In this document: positions 1 to 8,372 of the stretch, piece after piece
Layout: the number at the start of each line of letters is the position of its first letter
Numbering within the stretch: position 1 is the first letter of the stretch
Source: Ruminococcus albus 7 = DSM 20455
Lineage (GTDB): Bacteria > Bacillota > Clostridia > Oscillospirales > Ruminococcaceae
NCBI RefSeq assembly: GCF_000179635.2
Contig: NC_014833.1
Coordinates: 1,410,001-1,442,000 of the forward strand
Reading direction: 5' to 3'
Length of the DNA stretch: 32,000 bases
Notes under the pieces: model-generated
The model's input: the letters and a program-made list of their open reading frames with translations, nothing else
Databases searched by the model: none
What the model was told of the DNA's origin: nothing
Made by a program: the position numbers and the translations under genes

Positions 1-1
1 T

Positions 2-1021
2 GCTGAGGGAATACCAACACCAACAGCATACGCCATATCACAGGGCAGGAATCCCGTAAACAAAAACGCCAATCTTAAACGCTGGGACGGTAGAACAGTA
101 TCGGGAATCCTCGTCAAGGCGGAGTATTGCGGGCACACCGTCAACTTCAGGACACGCAAGAAGTCATACAAGATCAAAAAGACTATTCGTAATCCGCAGG
201 AAGAATGGCTTATATTCGAGAACACACATGAGCCTATCGTGACGCAAGAGCAGTTCGACTTGGTGCAGGAACTCCGCAAACATAAGCGTCGTCCGACTAA
301 GCATGAGGAAGTCAATCCATTTTCGGGTATGGTCTACTGTGCGGACTGCGGAAAGAAGATGTATCTGTGTCGTGCGACAAGTCTGACCGCCGACCAGGAG
401 CATTTGAAGTGTTCCACATATTCCTCGGACAAGGACGCTTGTTCCGCACACTTCATCAGAACTGTTGTACTGAATGAGATTGTGTTGAACGAGCTAAACA
501 AACTGCTTGTCAGGGTTAAAGAGCATGAGGACGAGTTTGTGCAGGCGGCTATGGACAATTCCGTTCAGAAGCAGTCCTCTGAGCTTACAAAAGCAAAGAA
601 AGCCCTGAAACAGGCTGAAAAGCGTATCATTGAGCTTGACAGGCTGTTTACAAGGCTTTATGAGGACAATGTATCAGGGAAAATTTCCGATGAGCGATTT
701 GCTGTCATGTCCGAAGGATATGAGAACGAACAGAAGCAACTAAAGGCAAGCGTTACTGAGCTTACTGCCTATATCGAAACCGCCGAACAGAAGTCCGCCG
801 ATGTGACCACTTTCATCAGCGTGGTGCAGAAGTATGAGCATATCACAGAGCTTACGCCTGAGATCATGCACGAACTGATTGAGAAGATCGTGGTTCATGC
901 TCCAGACAAGAGCAGCGGGCATCGCACGCAGGAAATCGAAATACATTACCGCTTTGATGTTGCCGTAACGACTGCCGTTGCTGACAGTATGAAGTACGAC
1001 AAAAAGAGAAAGGTTGCGTAA
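2..1021 (+). CDS. Large serine recombinase, C-terminal part (5' end lies outside the window). Contains the recombinase domain, a Cys-rich zinc-ribbon region, a coiled coil and a DUF4368-like tail.
   Basis: The frame stays open from base 2 with no stop upstream of the listed 239 GTG. Translation reads AEGIPTPTAYAI...WDGRTVSGILVKAEYCGHTVNFRTRKKSYK...ENTHEPIV, then CADCGKKMY...LKCSTY (zinc ribbon), then a long coiled coil and LYEDNVSGKISDERF, as in TnpX/TndX-like large serine recombinases. TAA stop at 1019-1021. Confidence 0.85.
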   Translation, partial: AEGIPTPTAYAISQGRNPVNKNANLKRWDGRTVSGILVKAEYCGHTVNFRTRKKSYKIKKTIRNPQEEWLIFENTHEPIVTQEQFDLVQELRKHKRRPTKHEEVNPFSGMVYCADCGKKMYLCRATSLTADQEHLKCSTYSSDKDACSAHFIRTVVLNEIVLNELNKLLVRVKEHEDEFVQAAMDNSVQKQSSELTKAKKALKQAEKRIIELDRLFTRLYEDNVSGKISDERFAVMSEGYENEQKQLKASVTELTAYIETAEQKSADVTTFISVVQKYEHITELTPEIMHELIEKIVVHAPDKSSGHRTQEIEIHYRFDVAVTTAVADSMKYDKKRKVA

Positions 1022-1040
1022 CCAAGGCAGTTACGCAACC
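1012..1040 (+). terminator. 11-bp perfect hairpin overlapping the recombinase stop codon. It could be a terminator or an element-end structure.
   Basis: GGTTGCGTAAC (1012-1022) pairs with GTTACGCAACC (1030-1040) around a 7-nt loop. Only a weak T-tract (TCATCTT) follows. Confidence 0.4.
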
Positions 1041-1157
1041 TCATCTTAAAATCTTAAATACTTCTTTATCGGCGCTCCTCTAAAGCTCTCCTCCTTGGCA
1101 TTCTATCTTCAGCACAGCTAAATCACCCACTTATCAAAACTTTTACACCCCAGTCTC

Positions 1158-1186
1158 TTTACATTTATAAAAAAATATGCTATAAT
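1158..1186 (+). promoter_or_regulatory. SigA-type promoter for speD
   Basis: TTTACA (1158-1163), 17-nt spacer, TATAAT (1181-1186), with an extended -10 TGc immediately upstream (1178-1180). Confidence 0.6.
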
Positions 1187-1300
1187 GATTTGTAGTTTGC
1201 TGTAAGATGTTTACAGCATATCACCATACCATGTTCAACCACCGCAAACCCGCCTGTTTACGCGGCTTGCTTTAAATACACCGAAAGGATAGATGGCAGA

Positions 1301-2104
1301 TTGGAGAATAATAAGATCACCCTTTACGGCTTCAATAATCTTACCAAGACCCTCAGTTTTAATATCTACGATGTTTGCTACGCTAAAGGTCAGAAAGAAC
1401 AAAAGGATTATATCGAGTATATCGACGAGCAGTATAACTCCGAACGTCTTACCAAAATACTCTGCGACGTTACCGAGATGATCGGTGCCCGCGTGCTTAA
1501 TATTTCCAAACAGGATTATGAACCCCAGGGCGCTTCCGTGAATGTCCTCATAGCCGAAAAGGAGCTGGATAAGGATTCTATCGACCCCTCCTGCAATCTG
1601 GGCATTCTACCCGATACTCCCGAGATGATACACGCTCATCTGGATAAGAGTCATGTGACCGTGCACACCTTCCCCGAGTATCACCCCGATAACTCTATCT
1701 CCACTTTCCGCGTGGATATAGACGTATCTACCTGCGGTACTATATCTCCCCTTAATGCCCTGAATTATCTGATAGCCAGCTTCGATTCCGATATCATCAC
1801 CATCGACTACCGCGTTCGCGGATTCACCCGTGATGTGCTGGGCAAGAAGTTCTTCATCGACCACGATATCACTTCCATTCAGGATTATATCGATAAATCT
1901 ACCCTTACCAAGTATGATGCCATCGATGTCAATGTATATCAGTCAAATATTTTTCACACCAAGCTGCTGATAAAGGAGATCGACCTCCAGAACTACCTGT
2001 TCAAAAAGGACGTATACGAGCTTACCCCGAAACAGCGTCTTGATATCACCGACAGCCTCCGCCGCGAGATGATAGAGATATACAGCGGAATGAACATTTA
2101 TTAA
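1301..2104 (+). CDS. speD: S-adenosylmethionine decarboxylase proenzyme, E. coli-type (class 1B)
   Basis: Near-collinear with E. coli SpeD as I recall it: [46 protein letters not shown] (self-processing K|S site), [40 protein letters not shown] start at 1301, with AAAGGA about 12 nt upstream. Confidence 0.95.
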   Translation: MENNKITLYGFNNLTKTLSFNIYDVCYAKGQKEQKDYIEYIDEQYNSERLTKILCDVTEMIGARVLNISKQDYEPQGASVNVLIAEKELDKDSIDPSCNLGILPDTPEMIHAHLDKSHVTVHTFPEYHPDNSISTFRVDIDVSTCGTISPLNALNYLIASFDSDIITIDYRVRGFTRDVLGKKFFIDHDITSIQDYIDKSTLTKYDAIDVNVYQSNIFHTKLLIKEIDLQNYLFKKDVYELTPKQRLDITDSLRREMIEIYSGMNIY

Positions 2105-2112
2105 GTTGTCAC

Positions 2113-2149
2113 CAAGCCCCTTCCCCGAAAAACGGGTCAAAGGGGCTTG
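2113..2149 (+). terminator. Extended hairpin between speD and speA. It may be a partial terminator or attenuator.
   Basis: CAAGCCCCTT (2113-2122) pairs with AAGGGGCTTG (2140-2149), and an inner CCCG/CGGG helix is present. No clear U-tract follows. Confidence 0.4.
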
Positions 2150-2274
2150 ATATGCATATCCTCTTCAAAACCGCAATAGAAGATATGTCCCGAAAAGAAT
2201 TTTTGTAGTACTGTTTTTTGTACATTTTGAATATCACATTTTTCGCAGAGTCAAGTGCTTTGCGTTAAAGAGGA

Positions 2275-3729
2275 GTGAGCATTTTGAGCTTAGACCAGAC
2301 AAAAGCGCCGCTTTACGAGGCACTGAAAAAACACATGAAAAACCGTATCGTCCGGCTTGACGTGCCGGGGCACAAGGGCGGACGTATGAATAAAGAACTT
2401 AAAGCCTTTCTGGGAGACCAGTGTATGGCTTGCGATGTCAATTCCATGAAAAATCTGGATAACCTCTGCCACCCCGTTTCGGTCATAAAGGAATCCGAAC
2501 AGCTGGCGGCGGACGCTTTCGGGGCTGACCACGCTTTCTTTATGGTGGGTGGAACTACCTCCGCAGTGCAGACCATGGTATTCACTGCCTGCAAGGCGGG
2601 GGAAAAGATAATCATGCCGAGAAACGTCCACAGGAGCGCCATAAACGCCCTTGTTGTATGCGGTGCTGTGCCTGTCTACGTTGATCCCGGCACCAACAAG
2701 CGTCTGGGCATACCCCTCGGTATGTCGGTAAGCGCAGTTGAAAAGGCTATACGCGAGAACCCCGACGCCAAGGCGGTGCTGGTGAACAATCCCACCTACT
2801 ACGGCATATGCTCCGATATCCGCGCGATAGTCAAGCTTGCCCACGAACACGGTATGCTGGTACTTGCGGACGAAGCCCACGGCACCCACCTCTATTTCGG
2901 TGAGGGTCTGCCATGTTCTGCAATGGCGGCAGGGGCTGATATGGCGGCGGTCAGTATACACAAAACAGGCGGCAGCCTTACCCAGTCTTCACTTCTGCTG
3001 TGCAAAAACACGGTATCCGAGGGCTATGTCCGCCAGATAATCAACCTGACCCAGACAACCAGCGGTTCATATCTGCTGATGGTCAGCCTTGATATCGCAA
3101 GAAAGAACCTCGCCATGAACGGCAAGGAACTTTTCGCAAAGGCAGTGGCTTATTCGGACTACGCCCGCGAGGAGATAAACAAGATAGGCGGCTACTATGC
3201 CTACGGCAAGGAACTTGAAAACGGCGATGATTTCTACGCCTTCGATTCCACCAAGCTGAGCGTTCACACCCGTGATATCGGGCTTGCGGGAGTTGAGGTA
3301 TATGATATCCTCCGTGATGACTACGATATCCAGATAGAATTCGGCGATATCGGCAATATCCTCGCCATAGTATCCGCGGGAGACAGAGAGCTTGAAATAG
3401 AGCGTTTCATATCCTCACTCAGCGAGATAAAGCGCCTTTATTCAAAAGACCCCACAGGTCTTTTTGACCACGAGTATATCGACCCGCAGGTGGAAATGAC
3501 CCCGCAGAAAGCCTTTTACAGCGACAAGCGTGCAATGTGGATAAATGAGAGCGAAGGTCAGATATGCGGAGAATTCGTAATGTGCTATCCCCCCGGAATA
3601 CCCATACTTGCCCCCGGCGAGCGCATAACAAAAGAGATAATCAGTTACATAAACTACTGCAAGGAAAAGGGATGCCTGCTGACAGGTACCGAAGACCTTG
3701 AGATAAACTATATAAATGTGGTAGAATAA
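2275..3729 (+). CDS. speA: PLP-dependent arginine decarboxylase (Orn/Lys/Arg decarboxylase family, Bacillus SpeA type)
   Basis: Strong resemblance to B. subtilis SpeA: PLY..LKKH, D.PGHK.G, FGADH.FF.V.G.T.A...M, IIMPRNVH.S, NPTYYG, ADEAHG.H, SIHKTGGSLTQSS (PLP lysine), EFVM.YPPGIPI..PGE. The true start may be TTG at 2284, 9 nt after AAAGAGGAG, rather than GTG at 2275. Confidence 0.9.
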   Translation: MSILSLDQTKAPLYEALKKHMKNRIVRLDVPGHKGGRMNKELKAFLGDQCMACDVNSMKNLDNLCHPVSVIKESEQLAADAFGADHAFFMVGGTTSAVQTMVFTACKAGEKIIMPRNVHRSAINALVVCGAVPVYVDPGTNKRLGIPLGMSVSAVEKAIRENPDAKAVLVNNPTYYGICSDIRAIVKLAHEHGMLVLADEAHGTHLYFGEGLPCSAMAAGADMAAVSIHKTGGSLTQSSLLLCKNTVSEGYVRQIINLTQTTSGSYLLMVSLDIARKNLAMNGKELFAKAVAYSDYAREEINKIGGYYAYGKELENGDDFYAFDSTKLSVHTRDIGLAGVEVYDILRDDYDIQIEFGDIGNILAIVSAGDRELEIERFISSLSEIKRLYSKDPTGLFDHEYIDPQVEMTPQKAFYSDKRAMWINESEGQICGEFVMCYPPGIPILAPGERITKEIISYINYCKEKGCLLTGTEDLEINYINVVE

Positions 3730-3742
3730 CAAGGGTAATAAT

Positions 3743-4258
3743 ATGGACAACAAAACAACTAAAAAACGGCTGGGCTGTATAATAATCTTTGCGGTCATAG
3801 CTGTCGGACTTGCGGTGATGGTCATATTTGCTCCCGATATAGCGAATTTTCTGCTTATGAAACAGTCTTTTCAGGAGTACACATCTTTCGGAAATAAAGA
3901 GATAAAGATGATACGCGATGATATGGGCGTGACTGTTGAGGGCAGTACAACTCCTGTTAAGCTGACGGTCAGCCATGCTGCGGGGGACTATTGCTATCAG
4001 CTTTGGTTAAAAGATATCGATGGTGCCGAAAAGTTTATGGAAGAATGCTTTGACGGCACATACTCTGCCGCTGAGATAACTGACCAATATAATATGTGTG
4101 TTTATGATTACGAGGACTATAAATTGGACAGTTCGTGTGCTTCGTACAGCTGTGAGTTTGTAAACAGCAAGGGTGTTAAAAGGTTCGATGAATATTACAT
4201 AGTGTTTTACAAAGAAGACGAGAGTTTTAAAGCAAAGCTATTTGCAAGAAAAACATAA
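3743..4258 (+). CDS. Hypothetical protein with an N-terminal membrane anchor
   Basis: ATG follows AAGGG 13 nt after the speA stop. The N-terminal hydrophobic segment is LGCIIIFAVIAVGLAVMVIF. I do not recognise a family. Confidence 0.6.
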   Translation: MDNKTTKKRLGCIIIFAVIAVGLAVMVIFAPDIANFLLMKQSFQEYTSFGNKEIKMIRDDMGVTVEGSTTPVKLTVSHAAGDYCYQLWLKDIDGAEKFMEECFDGTYSAAEITDQYNMCVYDYEDYKLDSSCASYSCEFVNSKGVKRFDEYYIVFYKEDESFKAKLFARKT

Positions 4259-4280
4259 CAGACACAAAGAGGGTAATAAT

Positions 4281-4532
4281 ATGGACAACAGACAAGATCT
4301 TAAAAACCCCAACGAGATAAAGCAGCCCCTTAGCAGTAACAATATACAGGGCTTTCAGGGCAACGGGGCATTCTATCAGGAACTTGCACCCACAAAGCAA
4401 AAGCGTGGTCTGCGTATAAACGCAAGTATATCGGGCAAGACCTTCGGCAGACTGGTGCTGGGCTTTGTGGCGGCTTCTGCCATCGGGCTGATAGCGGCTG
4501 TAATAGTGATACTCAGATTTATCTTCGGGTGA
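4281..4532 (+). CDS. Hypothetical small protein with a C-terminal membrane anchor
   Basis: I prefer the internal ATG at 4281 (MDNRQDLK...) because the same 21-nt RBS/start block precedes it as at 3743. The C-terminal TM is LVLGFVAASAIGLIAAVIVIL. Confidence 0.5.
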   Translation: MDNRQDLKNPNEIKQPLSSNNIQGFQGNGAFYQELAPTKQKRGLRINASISGKTFGRLVLGFVAASAIGLIAAVIVILRFIFG

Positions 4533-4536
4533 AGCC

Positions 4537-4971
4537 ATGGCTGAATTTATCATACGTGAAGTACGCCCCGAAGATGCCGATGATATCGCAGAGATAAGCC
4601 GCGAAGACCTGGGATATCCCTGTGATGCGGAGATGGTAAGAGCGAATATATCGGGGCTTGACAGTTCCCGTGAATCTGTTTTCGTTGCCGAGACGGACAG
4701 CAGTGCCGTGGGATATATCCATGTGGAAGAGTACAAAACTTTGTACTTTGAAAAGATGGTGAACTATCTCGGGGTGGCTGTAAGCGGCAAATACAGACGT
4801 CTGGGAATAGGTTCGGCGCTGATAAAAGCGGCGGAAAATTGGGCTGTGGAGCGCGGTATACATCTTGTCCGCCTGAATTCGGGCAGTACCCGCACAGGAG
4901 CTCACGAGTTCTACAAGCGGCAGGGCTACATCAGCGACAAGATGCAGGTACACTTCACCAAGAGATTATGA
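4537..4971 (+). CDS. GNAT-family N-acetyltransferase
   Basis: 144 aa with the acetyl-CoA binding motif LGVAVSGKYRRLGIGSALIKAAE and the C-terminal A.EFYKRQGY, both typical of GNAT enzymes. The substrate cannot be read from the sequence. Confidence 0.85.
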   Translation: MAEFIIREVRPEDADDIAEISREDLGYPCDAEMVRANISGLDSSRESVFVAETDSSAVGYIHVEEYKTLYFEKMVNYLGVAVSGKYRRLGIGSALIKAAENWAVERGIHLVRLNSGSTRTGAHEFYKRQGYISDKMQVHFTKRL

Positions 4972-5001
4972 GTACATAAAACAGGGCAGGAATGAATTTG
5001 A

Positions 5002-5619
5002 ATGATAGAGGACTTTGACGAAAAAAGATTCTCAAAAAAATTAAATACAGGCTGTTTCACTACGCTGATAATATTTGGCGGGCTGATACTTATCGGTTTG
5101 GGTTACCTGATATATACTGCAATACACTACGCAAGAATCACCAATATCAAGTGGGACAGTTTTGATAAGGAACGCATAGCAAGGATCGAGATATTTCTCG
5201 ATATGACCATGCCCGATGATGTCAAACCTGTATGGTTCAGACGGGAGTCAGGTGCGGGGGACAGCTATTCGAGGCTGATAGTCGAAAATATTAGTGACCC
5301 GCAGGATTTTCTGGGTAAAGCATTTCCCGATTCCGAGATAACAGAGTACACCACCGATGAGGAAGATATCACGAAAAATGAGGTATCCTCACCCGGCAAT
5401 GAAAAGAAAAACGAACTGCAAAGAATCAGCCCCGATAGTGAATTGTTCAGCAGTTTCAAAGACGACCTGAACTTTGCAATCAAGGAAAAGGGCTACAGCA
5501 TTGAATTCACCGAGATATATGACCGCGTATTCGCCGATAGAATCAAGGGTATGTATGACATCGGCTTTGGCAAAACAGACAGCGGATACTGCGCTGTGAT
5601 AAGGTTTTTGACATATTAA
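5002..5619 (+). CDS. Hypothetical protein with an N-terminal membrane anchor
   Basis: One TM (CFTTLIIFGGLILIGLGYLIY) followed by an acidic soluble domain. It sits inside the operon with short gaps to its neighbours. I do not recognise a family. Confidence 0.6.
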   Translation: MIEDFDEKRFSKKLNTGCFTTLIIFGGLILIGLGYLIYTAIHYARITNIKWDSFDKERIARIEIFLDMTMPDDVKPVWFRRESGAGDSYSRLIVENISDPQDFLGKAFPDSEITEYTTDEEDITKNEVSSPGNEKKNELQRISPDSELFSSFKDDLNFAIKEKGYSIEFTEIYDRVFADRIKGMYDIGFGKTDSGYCAVIRFLTY

Positions 5620-5641
5620 AATATAGAAGAGAGGGAACACC

Positions 5642-6490
5642 ATGGATCTTTGGTTTACTGAAAAGCATACGGACGATGTTAATTTTACAATAAAAGTAAA
5701 GAAACAGCTTTACTCGGGCAAAAGCTATTATCAGGAGATAGATGTATTCGACACCTACGAATTCGGGCGGGTGCTGGTGCTGGACGGCTTCATCATGCTG
5801 ACCGAAAAGGACGAGTATATCTACCATGAGATGGTAACAGCCGTGCCTATGGCTGTCAATCCCGATATCAAGAATGTGCTGGTCATCGGTGCGGGTGACG
5901 GCGGAACTGTCCGCGAGCTGACCCGCTATGAATCCATCGAAAATATCGATATGGTGGAGATAGATGAACAGGTGGTGGAAGTCTGCAAGGAGTATCTCCC
6001 ACAGACAGCCTGCAAGTTCGATGACCCGAGAGTACACCTGTTTTTTGAGGACGGTCTTAAATACGTCCGCAGAAAAAGCAGTGAATACGACCTTATCATC
6101 GTGGATTCCACCGACCCATTCGGTCCGGGAGAGGGACTTTTCACCAAGGAATTCTACGGCAACTGCTTCAAGGCACTGACGGACAGCGGCATACTGATAA
6201 ATCAGCATGAAAGCACCTACTACGACAGCTACGTGGATATGGTGACAAGGACGCACAAGCGCATCGGCGCAAGCTTCCCCGTATCCATGGTGTATCAGGC
6301 GCATATACCCACCTATCCCTCGGGACACTGGCTTTTCGGCTTTGCCTCGAAGAACCTGCACCCCGTATACGACCTTAAAGCCGACCGCTGGAAAGAGTTC
6401 GGCATAAAGACAAGGTACTACAACACCGACCTCCACAAGGGCTGTTTCGCACTGCCCAATGATGTGCTGGAGATACTGGAGAATTCGTAA
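5642..6490 (+). CDS. speE: Spermidine synthase (polyamine aminopropyltransferase)
   Basis: LWFTE, QEIDVFDT..FGRVLVLDG, TEKDE.IYHEM, VLVIGAGDGGTVRE, VEID..VV, DLIIVDSTDP.GP...LFT.EFY are classical SpeE motifs. Confidence 0.95.
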   Translation: MDLWFTEKHTDDVNFTIKVKKQLYSGKSYYQEIDVFDTYEFGRVLVLDGFIMLTEKDEYIYHEMVTAVPMAVNPDIKNVLVIGAGDGGTVRELTRYESIENIDMVEIDEQVVEVCKEYLPQTACKFDDPRVHLFFEDGLKYVRRKSSEYDLIIVDSTDPFGPGEGLFTKEFYGNCFKALTDSGILINQHESTYYDSYVDMVTRTHKRIGASFPVSMVYQAHIPTYPSGHWLFGFASKNLHPVYDLKADRWKEFGIKTRYYNTDLHKGCFALPNDVLEILENS

Positions 6491-6505
6491 CAACTGGAGG
6501 TTACT

Positions 6506-6799
6506 ATGAAAAACATATCGTTGAAGAGAAGTTCAATTATATTCAATCTGATCGAAGGCGTTATTGCGGTTATCGCATTAACAATAAGCTATGCTTTTAT
6601 TTTCGAGAAAAATAATCAAGACCATGACATTGGATTAGGTTTGTTTATTTCATTTGTATGGATGTTAGTTTTACTGATACCGAATATTTTTTACAAATTA
6701 ATTGGAAAATTCCATATAAAAGATACTTTGTATTTTCAATTAGCTCCACTTGTTTTAGGTTCCGGAATATATATTATATTTCAATTAGTTCTGTATTGA
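6506..6799 (+). CDS. Hypothetical small polytopic membrane protein
   Basis: 97 aa with about three hydrophobic segments. It lies in a visibly AT-rich stretch, 15 nt after the speE stop. Confidence 0.5.
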   Translation: MKNISLKRSSIIFNLIEGVIAVIALTISYAFIFEKNNQDHDIGLGLFISFVWMLVLLIPNIFYKLIGKFHIKDTLYFQLAPLVLGSGIYIIFQLVLY

Positions 6800-6884
6800 T
6801 TACTGACCTATCTTGGGAACACTTTTATAAAAGCAGGAGATAATGTAGAATTCGTGATTGCTGGTACTCAGGTGGTGATATAAT

Positions 6885-7391
6885 GTGAAAATCGTTATCC
6901 GTATCGTGATCGCTTGCTATATTGTTATCCTAACGGTCTTTCAAGGACTATATATTTATTACGGCGGAAAACCTACGCTTTTCTGGCTGTCGGTGTTATT
7001 GGAAATACTCTCTGTTCTATCATTGCTTGGATCTGGAGCGGGGATCAGTCATTTTCTTTCAGTAAGAGAAATTGTTAAAAATGGGATAAGCACCAAAGCA
7101 GTAATAAAAGATCATCACGTTGAATGGAGTAAAATGAAAAATTATTATCCGATCATTCAGTTTCTTGATACCTCAAAGATCTCACATAAATATCAAAGCA
7201 AGGTCGGAATGACTATACTGCTCAGAAAATACAGAAAAGGCTCCAAAGTTAAAATATCATATCTCGAAAACGAACCGTGGGAATTCGTTATTGTTCCTGC
7301 ATACTATTATCAATCGATAATAGAGATGATAATGTTTACGTTTTTGGGGCTCCCGGCTGTGATCGGCTCTTTCATTTTAGTGAAGTGCTAG
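6885..7391 (+). CDS. Membrane protein, DUF3592-like
   Basis: N-terminal and C-terminal TMs flank a beta-rich core (GISTKAVIKDHHVEW....YYPIIQF....KGSKVKISYLENEP). This matches my recollection of the DUF3592 pattern. GTG start after GGTGGTGA. Confidence 0.55.
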   Translation: MKIVIRIVIACYIVILTVFQGLYIYYGGKPTLFWLSVLLEILSVLSLLGSGAGISHFLSVREIVKNGISTKAVIKDHHVEWSKMKNYYPIIQFLDTSKISHKYQSKVGMTILLRKYRKGSKVKISYLENEPWEFVIVPAYYYQSIIEMIMFTFLGLPAVIGSFILVKC

Positions 7392-7465
7392 ATACGACCT
7401 ATATTGTGAACCCTTTTATAAAGCAAGTTTTAAACACCAACGTCTATACCGAAAGGAGAATAATA

Positions 7466-8320
7466 ATGTTAGAGAAAAATGTACAGACTTTCATCGCCTG
7501 CGACTGCGAGTACGATGAAGCAAAGATAGTAATGTTCGGCGCACCCTTTGACAGCACCACTTCATTCCGCCCGGGAACGAGGTTTGCAAGCCAGGCGATG
7601 AGGAGCGAGAGTTTTGGCATCGAGACTTTCTCGGTATATCAGATGAAGGATATGCTGGATATAAAGGTATTCGACAGCGGCGACCTTGAACTGCCTTTCG
7701 GTTCTCCCGAAAGAGCGCTGGACGATATCAAGAAAAGGACTGCCACTATCCTTGGTGACGGCAAGATACCCTGCATGATAGGCGGCGAACATCTTGTTAC
7801 CCTTGGGGCAGTAAGAGCCTGTGCCGAGAAATATCCCGACCTGCACGTTATACAGTTCGATGCCCATGCCGACCTCCGCGAGGATTATCTGGGCGTTAAG
7901 CTTTCTCACGCCTGCGTTATGCGCCGCTGTCAGGAGATACTGGGCGACGGAAAAATATTTCAGTTCGGTATACGCAGTGCCGATAAGAGCGAAGTTGAAT
8001 TCGTTATGCAGGAGCATACCTCCCTCAACCTTTTCGACTTCCGCACTCTCCGCGAAGTAGCGGGCTATCTCGGCAACGCACCTGTATATTTCACCCTTGA
8101 TATGGACGTTCTCGACCCCTCGGAATTCCCCGGCACAGGCACTCCCGAAGCCGGCGGCGTGCATTTCGATGAACTGCTTGACGCTATCGAAGTCCTTTCC
8201 GAGCTGAATATTGTGGGCTTTGATATGAACGAGCTTTCCCCTGCCTATGACCCAAGCGGCAGAAGCACAGCCCTCGCCTGCAAGACTATGAGGGAGATGC
8301 TGTTGAGATTTCACAGGTAA
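7466..8320 (+). CDS. speB: Agmatinase (ureohydrolase family)
   Basis: ATG at 7466 follows AAAGGAGA. The listed upstream extension from 7277 overlaps the previous gene and has no homology-like content. Motifs: GAPFD...S.RPG.RF, IGGEH..T, FDAHADLR, LD.DVLDP...PGTGTPE.GG (Mn-binding His/Asp set). Confidence 0.93.
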   Translation: MLEKNVQTFIACDCEYDEAKIVMFGAPFDSTTSFRPGTRFASQAMRSESFGIETFSVYQMKDMLDIKVFDSGDLELPFGSPERALDDIKKRTATILGDGKIPCMIGGEHLVTLGAVRACAEKYPDLHVIQFDAHADLREDYLGVKLSHACVMRRCQEILGDGKIFQFGIRSADKSEVEFVMQEHTSLNLFDFRTLREVAGYLGNAPVYFTLDMDVLDPSEFPGTGTPEAGGVHFDELLDAIEVLSELNIVGFDMNELSPAYDPSGRSTALACKTMREMLLRFHR

Positions 8321-8372
8321 TATTTTCCTGCTTTCACTTTAGAACACCACTTGACCGTCGGTATACTCGGGT

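Noticed and set aside
1187-1300. SAM riboswitch upstream of speD
   Set aside because: No SAM-I four-way-junction core or other SAM-class consensus is visible. I kept only the generic attenuator-like observation.
2290-2961. 223-aa and 109-aa minus-strand ORFs
   Set aside because: They are antisense to speA (arginine decarboxylase) and have no independent signals.
5543-6493. 316-aa ORF on the minus strand
   Set aside because: It lies exactly antisense to speE, whose motifs are unambiguous. The minus-strand translation has no recognisable family, RBS or start context, so it is a shadow ORF of a moderately GC-rich gene.
3570-8010. Recurring GAATTCGT octamer (about 3574, 6483, 6850, 7282 and 7998) as a possible repeat or site
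   Set aside because: The occurrences inside coding sequence (3574, 6483, 7282, 7998) are in-frame there, mostly as the Glu-Phe-Val codon run GAA TTC GTn, and once as Asn-Ser-stop (6483). The copy at about 6850 is intergenic. This is explained by codon usage, and the flanks show no similarity.
7562-8314. 250-aa minus-strand ORF
   Set aside because: It is antisense to speB (agmatinase) and is a shadow ORF.
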